Origin: Bacteroidota bacterium
Lineage (GTDB): Bacteria; Bacteroidota; Bacteroidia; Bacteroidales; B39-G9
Assembly: GCA_015222055.1 (NCBI GenBank)
Contig: JADFUR010000008.1
Coordinates: 26,056-90,055, forward strand
Direction: 5' to 3'
Length of the DNA: 64,000 nt
Below are positions 56,617 through 64,000 of this stretch, one piece after another. Under the pieces are notes generated by a model. It was given only the letters and a program-made list of their open reading frames with translations, made no database searches and was not told the origin of the DNA. Position 1 is the first letter of the stretch, and each line of letters starts with the position of its first letter. The translations under genes were made by a program, and so were the position numbers.

Positions 56617-57498
56617 CTATTCAATAATATGCTTCACTCCTACTTGTAAAATCTCTTTTGTATCATCTTTGTACACAAATGCAACAATTGAACATTGATT
56701 TATATCCCAATTGGTATTTATCTGATAATTGTAAGATTTTATTATTGATGTATCAGCATGAGCTATTCCACTTGATATAATTGTCCCCCATGTGCCATTT
56801 ATTGCATCACGCAAAACATGTCTATGAACAAAATTCGGAATGTCGTCCGGTGTTGAGTTATAATCTTTTTGATAACTCGCAATGCTGTCTTCTATAATAT
56901 AAACAGCTAAATTACAAGTCCCTTGAATATCATTTAAAATCATTGATTGTATGTGAGTACTTAGTTTTCTGTCGGCCTCATCATATTCATTTATAATATT
57001 TATATCTATTTCAGGAGGAGTATTAATAATTTTTTGAAGATTACTGCCCCAGTTAGTATGTTGTAGAATTAAACCGGCACCGAAATCTTTTCTGTTAATC
57101 ATGCCGTTTGGCAATCCTGCTGCATCATTACCAAAATAATCACTAATATCAGTCGCAGTTATATTCCTATAATCATAGGTATAATTCGGGTAAACACCTA
57201 CACTCGCAAACCAACCAACATGAGGAGAATAAGTTACAAGTTGTTCTTTATATATTTGTTTTAAAGATTCGTAAGTCTCTATTGCCTCAGGACAATTACC
57301 ACACATGTGACCGGTAAATTCTTCTAATAAAATTATTCTTGTATGAACATTATCTTCGGGAAAATTCGTAACAGAAAAATTTGTTGTATCCTCATTATTA
57401 TTCTCAACAAATGGGCCGTTTATCTTATCACATGAATACATAAAAAAAACGAAACTAATGAAAATGATAAAATATATGTAATTATTTTTATATTTCAT
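56617..57498 (-). CDS. Omp28-related outer-membrane lipoprotein with a thioredoxin-like CxxC motif
   Basis: Lipobox FFMYSC, plus ILLEEFTGHMCGNCPEA and later ..NFVHRHVLRDAI.., as I recall for the Omp28 family. Confidence 0.7.
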   Translation of the reverse strand: MKYKNNYIYFIIFISFVFFMYSCDKINGPFVENNNEDTTNFSVTNFPEDNVHTRIILLEEFTGHMCGNCPEAIETYESLKQIYKEQLVTYSPHVGWFASVGVYPNYTYDYRNITATDISDYFGNDAAGLPNGMINRKDFGAGLILQHTNWGSNLQKIINTPPEIDINIINEYDEADRKLSTHIQSMILNDIQGTCNLAVYIIEDSIASYQKDYNSTPDDIPNFVHRHVLRDAINGTWGTIISSGIAHADTSIIKSYNYQINTNWDINQCSIVAFVYKDDTKEILQVGVKHIIE

Positions 57499-57612
57499 AC
57501 TAAAAATTATTATAATATTAAATTTGTTAAGCTATTGATATTCAACGTTAAAACCGTTACGAAAATTCAAGAAAATCTCTGTTATCAAACTTAATTTATT
57601 ATTTACAACATT

Positions 57613-59262
57613 TTAAAAACTACTTGATAATGAAAAAGTTATGCCGTTAGACGCAGGAACATTTCTACAGATTCCACCAACACAAACAATTCCTTTTCTT
57701 TGTTTTCCATATCCAAGTGCAATACGAGTTGTATTCTTACTATATCCAAATGACATATTATAATAATGGATTTGTTTTTCTGAATCGGTGTTTCCATAAT
57801 TATATTGGTCGAGTACAGCAAAAAACCAATGAGGTGCCATTGTATATTGTATTAAACCCATTGCCCAATTCCCATTATCTTGTTTAGTTGATAAATGCTG
57901 AAATTGAAATTGTAAAGCATGCATGGGTTTTATTTTATAAGTCAAATCCAAAATACCAATGTTAGCATAAATAGTTTTGTATCCTGCCAATCCTTGAATA
58001 ACATTTTTATTGTAAATCAGATTTACATAAGTAAATATTACTTTCAGTTTCTTGCTAAATTTTCTGTTTAACTCAATATTAAAATCTTGAAAATATTTTT
58101 CATCCCCAATACTAAAAAACTCAGATTCATATCCCATGTAAGTACTGTCTGGCAATTCTGTTTTTTTTATACTATTATTTAAAGAATAATTAATAACAAT
58201 ATTTGTCCCGTATTTACCACCTATTTTTGATTTTTTCTTAATATTATAAACCAGTTCCCCCTGAAAACCAATTTCTCCGTTAGGCTGAACAGAATATGGA
58301 TACATAGCCGCAAGCGTGTAAGAATGTTGTTTATTAAGAGGCGGAATAAAATTAATATTTAATGTATTACCGGTAGCTGTTCTGTCTGACCTAAAATCCA
58401 TATTATCTATGTATTTAGTACCTAAAGAGATACCCAAACCTCTTTTTGAATATGAAGCGTTAACCAATAATGCCTGACCCGGCTTATAAATAAATTTATT
58501 TACACTAGAGGGATCGTTAATTTTATAAGCATATTCAGTCATAAAATTTATCCTGCCACGAATAATATTCATTCGTGTTGCAAAAGAAGCAACATTTTTT
58601 GGCAGTATATATATAGGATCAATATCTTCTTGGAATTTACTTACAGCACTGGCTCCAAGAATAATTTGCGTTTTTTTATCAGAAAGTCCTTTAAAAATAT
58701 CATTTAGGTAAAATTCACCATCAGCTCCACGTATAATACCGGGTCCTGTATCGAAAAAAAATCGTTGTTTGCCAACTAAACCTTTCAACGTTATTCCTTT
58801 ATAAGGTTTTAATATTATTCTAAACCCATCAATAGAATTATCATATCCCAAACTTCTTTCTTCATAACTCCTAAATATCAAACCGTTACCGAATTGCTCA
58901 TAAAAATTTCCGGCAGTAATCTTCATATCATTATCGTTAAAAGAGACATATCTATATGGAATCCCAGAGCCTTTATATCTTGGGTCAAATCCTTGTAAAG
59001 CGTTCAAATAACTTTCATAACGAAAGCCTGCCGAGAATTTTCCATTAATATAATTAATATTGGCAAAACCATTCATAAGAAATTTCTCGGGCACGTTAGG
59101 TGCTCCTATCAATGAATCTTGCACATAATATTGGCAATCTGTCTGAAAATTTCCATGAACTACACCATTATCCGTATTTTGTGCATATGACTTGGTAATA
59201 GTCAGTAGGAAAAACAATAAAACTATAGCAATATATGAGCCTGTATAATTTATATATTTCAA
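57613..59262 (-). CDS. Large outer-membrane beta-barrel-like protein (resembles the DUF6029 family)
   Basis: A signal peptide ending ..TKSYAQ. The N-terminal region is GNFQTDCQYYVQDSLIGA..NGFANINYINGKFSAGFRYESYLNALQGFDPRYKGSGIPYRY..GNFYEQFGNGLIFRSYEERSLGYDNSIDG. The C-terminus ends ..ITFSLSSSF. The family name is from memory. Confidence 0.65.
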   Translation of the reverse strand: MKYINYTGSYIAIVLLFFLLTITKSYAQNTDNGVVHGNFQTDCQYYVQDSLIGAPNVPEKFLMNGFANINYINGKFSAGFRYESYLNALQGFDPRYKGSGIPYRYVSFNDNDMKITAGNFYEQFGNGLIFRSYEERSLGYDNSIDGFRIILKPYKGITLKGLVGKQRFFFDTGPGIIRGADGEFYLNDIFKGLSDKKTQIILGASAVSKFQEDIDPIYILPKNVASFATRMNIIRGRINFMTEYAYKINDPSSVNKFIYKPGQALLVNASYSKRGLGISLGTKYIDNMDFRSDRTATGNTLNINFIPPLNKQHSYTLAAMYPYSVQPNGEIGFQGELVYNIKKKSKIGGKYGTNIVINYSLNNSIKKTELPDSTYMGYESEFFSIGDEKYFQDFNIELNRKFSKKLKVIFTYVNLIYNKNVIQGLAGYKTIYANIGILDLTYKIKPMHALQFQFQHLSTKQDNGNWAMGLIQYTMAPHWFFAVLDQYNYGNTDSEKQIHYYNMSFGYSKNTTRIALGYGKQRKGIVCVGGICRNVPASNGITFSLSSSF

Positions 59263-59297
59263 AACGTCATTTGTTTTTATTAAAAGTTATAAAATAA

Positions 59298-59804
59298 TTA
59301 TTTCTTATTGCCAGATAATTTCACAATCATCTTATACAACTCATTTTCGTCGCCTGGAGAATAAGCACTGTGTTGCCAAACAACTTCCATTTTGTCATTT
59401 AAAAGGAAAGTATGTGGAATATTACCAACATTCATTGCTCTTTTAAAATCTTTGTTAGGGTCGAGATAAACTTCATAATCCCATGCTTTTCCATTTACTA
59501 ATGGTCCAATTTTTGATGAATTTCTAATATCATCAACAAAAACCGCAATAAATTTCACTCCTGTTTCTTCTTGCCAGTCGTCATACACTTCTGCTATTGC
59601 ATCAAGTTCCTGCATGCAAGGATGACACCATGTTGCACAAAAATCAATTATTACAGGATTCCCATCATTTGAAAAAGTGTTAGTATTTATAGTTTTCCCA
59701 TCTATTGTTTTAACATCAATTGATGGTAAACGAAATGCTTTTTGCGAAAACGCATAAGCGGATGATAATGTAACAATTAACAATAAAATTAATATTTTTT
59801 TCAT
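59298..59804 (-). CDS. TlpA/ResA-family periplasmic thiol:disulfide oxidoreductase
   Basis: FCATWCHPCMQE is the active site. I place the start at MKKILILLLIVTLSSAYAFSQ (ATG at 59802-59804), because the ORF-track start at 59897 adds a non-signal extension. Confidence 0.85.
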   Translation of the reverse strand: MKKILILLLIVTLSSAYAFSQKAFRLPSIDVKTIDGKTINTNTFSNDGNPVIIDFCATWCHPCMQELDAIAEVYDDWQEETGVKFIAVFVDDIRNSSKIGPLVNGKAWDYEVYLDPNKDFKRAMNVGNIPHTFLLNDKMEVVWQHSAYSPGDENELYKMIVKLSGNKK

Positions 59805-59984
59805 ATCACATATTTTTTTTAATATATTTTTGAATTCTCTCAAGAAGTAATGTTTATATAATATAGGTCTAAAAAAATCAAAACCACAGATTTTCAAATT
59901 ATGTAAAATACATTATTTATTAATCAGAAAATCTATGGTAATTCTATATCAGTAAATTCAAAATTTTTATTTTCGAACCACTAA

Positions 59985-60716
59985 TTAATGCCTAACAACT
60001 ATTTTTTTTACCTTAGTATCATTCCGCTCAATTAATGTATAGAAATAAGTTCCAGATTTCCAATCATTCACAGGAACTGTAATATTTTTTTGACTTCCAG
60101 ATATTTTTATTTCTTTAACAACAGAACCTAATGCATCATAAATAATAATTTTTGCAGATGAATGGTTATTCATTGAGTTCCCTGAAATATTAACATAGTC
60201 TGTAGCAGGATTTGGATAAACATTAAAAGAATTTACTTCATTAATATTAGAAGAAATATCATCAAGCCCGACTTCAAACAATACAGTTACCGAAGCAGAA
60301 TCATCAGGATTATCAGCGTCAAAAAACACATAAGTTATTATGCTTGTTCCTTGATTATCATTAGATGTATAATCACCGTGAAAATCTTTTTTATTAATTC
60401 CGCCACCGTCAATATCAATTGGATTAGGCGAAACATAAGTAAATGGGGAAAAGCATTGTCCCCAACAAAATGTATTTATTGAACCTGAAACTAAATAGTT
60501 TTCTATCTTTTTAACCTTTATAGATATTGTAGAAGAACTATTGTTTGTTATTTCAACATCTGCAACTAAAGCTGTAGTTGTTCCTGATATTATTAATGTA
60601 TCATTAGTAATGTCATTTGCTGATGTATCTGTTAGCGATAAATTTTGTGCAAATAAACAATTTACACTTAATGTCCACGCAATAAAGAATACAAGTATTT
60701 TATTAATAGATAACAT
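59985..60716 (-). CDS. T9SS cargo protein with an Ig-like N-terminal domain containing a CWGQC pair
   Basis: A signal peptide, ..NTFCWGQCFSP.., and the CTD VYPNPATDYV..GTYFYTLIERNDTKVKKIVVRH. Confidence 0.8.
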   Translation of the reverse strand: MLSINKILVFFIAWTLSVNCLFAQNLSLTDTSANDITNDTLIISGTTTALVADVEITNNSSSTISIKVKKIENYLVSGSINTFCWGQCFSPFTYVSPNPIDIDGGGINKKDFHGDYTSNDNQGTSIITYVFFDADNPDDSASVTVLFEVGLDDISSNINEVNSFNVYPNPATDYVNISGNSMNNHSSAKIIIYDALGSVVKEIKISGSQKNITVPVNDWKSGTYFYTLIERNDTKVKKIVVRH

Positions 60717-60798
60717 AATTAAAAAAAATTAAAATTATAAAATCAGTAGTTCATTATCCTGAAAATTCATGAAAAAGAACACTATAAATAGAGAATAA

Positions 60799-62850
60799 TT
60801 AATGAATTATCTGCATTTGTTTAACATCAATTGTTTTATTATTATTAATTAATCGATAAAAATACATTCCATTATTAAGATCGGAAGTATTAATTTGAAC
60901 TTGTGTAGCTTGACTATATATAAATTTATTCAGAACAATTCGACCTGTTACATCAATAATTTGCAATTTAGAATTTTCACCAACATTTTTCACAGGTATA
61001 ATTGTATAATCATTACAAGGATTAGGGAAATTTTGTTTCATGTTCAATTTACTCATAGCTTGTTCAAATTCAATACCATTAATTTTCTTATGAAACCAAT
61101 CATTAATTAGCTTTACAACTTGTTTTCTAACAACTGTATCTGCAATCATAGAAGGGGAGAAACCAAAATACACAGTTTTATAAGTGCCACTTGTAGCTCT
61201 TACAGCAGAAATTTTAGTTTTAGCATTATCATAATAAAGTATAGCTCTCCCGATATTTTTTATCGAAAGTTCGTCGGGATACATACTACTTAAACCATAA
61301 ATACTTAACAATTTTGAATTATTAACAGAGCCAAAAACATCATCAGAGGCATTAGAAATTAGACTATCGTTAGAAGAGCTTCCGTCATCAGCCCAAGCAG
61401 CATTCAAATAATTTGAGTAGAACGCTTTAGTAGCAGCTGTTCCATAAGGATTTTGTGTGTTCCAAGTTTCCCATCCAATATCTTGTCCGGCAATAAAAAG
61501 ACTTCCTCCATTATCAAGAAAATCTGAAAAAACAGCTACATTATCGTCCGTTAAGCTTGGGAATGTCCATGCAGCATTAAAATAAATGTATTTAACATTT
61601 GTTAATTGATTTGCTTCAACACCTTTGATAAATAACTGATAAGAAGCAACTGCATGAGTTGTATTCCCTGCATAATCTAAGCCCTTAAGATAATCTTCTT
61701 CTAAATCAGACGGCTGTCCGCCATCCCACGACCCTTGATTATTAACAACTAAATCTGTAATGTCTGAAGAAATAATATTAAACTGTAATGCTTGTGTGGC
61801 TATGCTTGTATCATCTAACGATTTCATACCAAACAAATAGTTTCCTATTGATGATGTAGAACCGACTTTAACATCAACACTAACAGCTATGCTTGTATTA
61901 GCAGGTAAAACAATATCTGCAGAATCTGTGTAATTAGTTGAATTATATGTAAATGAAGCTGACCAATCAAAAGGATTCTCTGAAATTAAGTTAATTCTAA
62001 AATTACCTGCTGTATTTCCGGTATTTATTAAATTGACTGAAAAATGTTTGGTATCTCCTGCCACACCCTTCAAAAATGTTTGGTCAATAGTTGTCAACTC
62101 CCACTCAGGATCAACAGCAGAACCTGAATTTATAACTTCCTTAGTTGTTTCGTTTTGAATAAAAGCAATGGCATAAACTTTAGAAGTGTCCCATGTTGCA
62201 GCATCAAGATCATAAGAATAATCAAACACAACAGAATCTCCTGTTATAGCCGGAGTGTATGTGTCTCCATTTGTGTTTGGCAACATTTTCCTAAATACAT
62301 CAGGAAAGTTTTTTTCTCCATTTGTCCCTGGTGCAGATGTATAATCAATTTCACTTTCTATAACAGCAACTCTTAATTTTAAATTTCCTGTTGGAGGATT
62401 ACCAACTGTATAAACAGTAACTTTCACATCTCTGTTTGTTCCATCTGAAGTTTCTTTTACTTTTATTCTTATTGGGCAGGATTCTGATGACACATTATTA
62501 ACCATATCCTGAGTAATGCCCACAGATCCTCCCTCATATTTATTCCCCTGCATAAGCATATCAGGCACACCAGAGATTCCATAATAAGAAACTCTTGACG
62601 CCACATCACTTGCATTATATTTATTCATTGGGTCTGTCCCCGGCCAAACAGTATGATAAGCAATGTGATGAATACGACCTTTGTTGTGGTCTAAAACATT
62701 AGCTTTAAAAACCGGATTTTGTGATGCACAAGGTGGGCAACTGGCATTTGTGAAATGTTCAAAAAAAACATTTTTTTTGGCTTGGGCCTTAACATTATAA
62801 GAATATAATGTTATAAAAAACACTAAAACAAAAGGTAAAAAATTTTTCAT
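60799..62850 (-). CDS. Large T9SS cargo protein: N-terminal Omp28/thioredoxin-like CxxC domain, central domains, T9SS CTD
   Basis: A signal peptide, VFFEHFTNASCPPCASQNP (the same E.FT..C..C pattern as the 293-aa lipoprotein), ..FLDNGGSLFIAGQDIGWETW.., and the CTD FPNPCNDYT..GMYFYRLINNNKTIDVKQMQIIH. Confidence 0.8.
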   Translation of the reverse strand: MKNFLPFVLVFFITLYSYNVKAQAKKNVFFEHFTNASCPPCASQNPVFKANVLDHNKGRIHHIAYHTVWPGTDPMNKYNASDVASRVSYYGISGVPDMLMQGNKYEGGSVGITQDMVNNVSSESCPIRIKVKETSDGTNRDVKVTVYTVGNPPTGNLKLRVAVIESEIDYTSAPGTNGEKNFPDVFRKMLPNTNGDTYTPAITGDSVVFDYSYDLDAATWDTSKVYAIAFIQNETTKEVINSGSAVDPEWELTTIDQTFLKGVAGDTKHFSVNLINTGNTAGNFRINLISENPFDWSASFTYNSTNYTDSADIVLPANTSIAVSVDVKVGSTSSIGNYLFGMKSLDDTSIATQALQFNIISSDITDLVVNNQGSWDGGQPSDLEEDYLKGLDYAGNTTHAVASYQLFIKGVEANQLTNVKYIYFNAAWTFPSLTDDNVAVFSDFLDNGGSLFIAGQDIGWETWNTQNPYGTAATKAFYSNYLNAAWADDGSSSNDSLISNASDDVFGSVNNSKLLSIYGLSSMYPDELSIKNIGRAILYYDNAKTKISAVRATSGTYKTVYFGFSPSMIADTVVRKQVVKLINDWFHKKINGIEFEQAMSKLNMKQNFPNPCNDYTIIPVKNVGENSKLQIIDVTGRIVLNKFIYSQATQVQINTSDLNNGMYFYRLINNNKTIDVKQMQIIH

Positions 62851-63127
62851 AATTGGCGATTATTATATTTTATATTTAAACTTTAATTTTCAAATATACG
62901 CAAATATTTATATTAAAAAATCTGAATTTTTAATTTCGTTTAATCATCTATTATGAGACCACTTTAAAAAGCCGCTAAATGATTAATTAGTCATCTAACG
63001 GAAACGATAATGCACATCAGTCATAAATACACAAATCAGTTAAAATTTAATAATTTTAGTTTTAAGAGTAGGTTATTTTATTTTCTTTGTTCCTAATCGA
63101 TCAAATTAGGTTAAAATAATTTATAAC

Positions 63128-63170
63128 AAAAAAGCTTCTCTATATTGAAAAGCTTTTTTGTTTTTTTTTA
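63128..63170 (-). terminator. Terminator downstream of asnA
   Basis: Stem AAAAAAGCTT (63128-37) pairing with AAGCTTTTTT (63150-59), with extra inner pairs and T/A runs on both sides. It lies about 50 nt after the asnA stop. Confidence 0.55.
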
Positions 63171-63212
63171 TTTCTAAGGTTTCTTAATCCAAAAAAAATC
63201 AGACATAAAATC

Positions 63213-64000
63213 TTAAAGCAAACTAATTCCCATTTCAGACAATTCAGAAACCATTGGTTCAGGCCATAAACTTACTTGCACTTGTCCAATATGCATTTTC
63301 CTTAACATATACATACATATTCGTGATTGACCAATTCCTCCACCAATGCTTAAAGGCAACTCATCGTTAAGGAGCAATTTGTGAAAAGGTAATTTTTTTC
63401 TCTCTTCTACTTCTCTTATCTTAAGTTGTTTAATTAATGTTTCAGCATCAACGCGAATACCCATTGATGATAATTCAAAAACAGATTTTATAACGGGATT
63501 CCAAATTAAAATATCACCGTTGAGCCCATAATAACCATCTTCATTTTTTGTACTCCAATCATCATAATCAGGAGCGCGACCATCGTGTTCCTGTCCATCA
63601 CTAAGTTTTTTTCCTATTCCAATTAAAAAAACAGCACCATATTTCTCACAAACAATTCTTTCTCTTTCTTTTGGTGTAAATAGCGAAAATTTTCTACACA
63701 GTTCTTCTGTGTGAAAAAATGTAATTTTTTCAGGTAAATATGATTGAATTTCGGAATACTGCACAGCCACTTTTTGTTCTGTTTTACGTATAACTTGATA
63801 AATTTTTCGCACCTCTTCTTTAAGATACTTCAAATTTCGTTGCGATTTATCTATTCGTTTTTCCCAATCCCATTGGTCAACATAAATAGAATGAATTGAA
63901 CTGTAATCTTCATCAGGACGAATAGCTCGCATATCGGTCAAAATTCCTTTACCAATTTCCACTTCAAACTGTTTAAGTCTTAATCGTTTCCATTTTGCCA
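63213..64000 (-). CDS. asnA: Aspartate--ammonia ligase, 5'-partial (runs off the window end)
   Basis: ..IYVDQWDWEK.., ..GGGIGQSRICM.. The frame stays open from the internal GTG at 63962 to nt 64000 (..AKWKRLRLKQFE-V-EIGKG..). Confidence 0.9.
   Translation of the reverse strand, partial: AKWKRLRLKQFEVEIGKGILTDMRAIRPDEDYSSIHSIYVDQWDWEKRIDKSQRNLKYLKEEVRKIYQVIRKTEQKVAVQYSEIQSYLPEKITFFHTEELCRKFSLFTPKERERIVCEKYGAVFLIGIGKKLSDGQEHDGRAPDYDDWSTKNEDGYYGLNGDILIWNPVIKSVFELSSMGIRVDAETLIKQLKIREVEERKKLPFHKLLLNDELPLSIGGGIGQSRICMYMLRKMHIGQVQVSLWPEPMVSELSEMGISLL

Noticed and set aside
1-64000. A scan of the spacers by eye for CRISPR arrays, tRNA/rRNA genes, IS elements, integrases, phage or defence-system genes, dif-like or DnaA-box clusters.
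   Set aside because: I found no regularly spaced direct repeats and no tRNA T-loop-like GGTTCGAAT motifs. I also found no transposase, recombinase or nuclease/ATPase defence-type ORFs. This was visual inspection only, so short or degenerate elements could have been missed.

Overview
This is a 64-kb, visibly AT-rich chromosomal segment (roughly 30% G+C by eye, not computed). Its gene content and signals fit a Bacteroidota genome, probably an anaerobe. Grounds for the phylum call: eight proteins end in type-A T9SS C-terminal sorting domains. The dcw cluster is Bacteroidota-style (mraZ-rsmH-ftsL-ftsI-murE-[insert]-mraY-murD-ftsW-murG-murC-ftsQ-ftsA-ftsZ-yqeY, 18.9-35.3 kb, minus strand, no murF). 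There is a long-form purF, a glycine-lipid-type acyltransferase pair, TAnnTTTG-like promoter boxes, and almost no Shine-Dalgarno sequences. The rest is housekeeping: mfd, coaX, an lptC-to-ppiD envelope block, exbB-exbD-exbD, ansA, tatD, dprA, aroB-aroA, and asnA (cut by the window end). I recognised no rRNA, tRNA, CRISPR array, transposase, integrase or phage genes. Six parts are unusual. (i) At 2.5-3.5 kb, a short XrtF-like exosortase sits beside a 100-aa protein with a signature/TM/basic C-terminal tail. (ii) At 46.7-51.9 kb, a minus-strand operon holds three tandem T9SS-cargo paralogs plus a C1-peptidase/MAM gene cut by one in-frame TAA, with a relic T9SS CTD upstream. (iii) At 56.6-62.9 kb, four paired-Cys/CxxC envelope proteins cluster with a large beta-barrel. 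(iv) A four-helix-bundle (23S-IVS/Avd-like) gene, flanked by short inverted repeats, is inserted between murE and mraY. (v) A universal-stress-protein gene has decayed through several frameshifts. (vi) Two intergenic spots carry GC-rich hairpins. All functional calls rest on motif recognition from memory; no searches or statistics were run.
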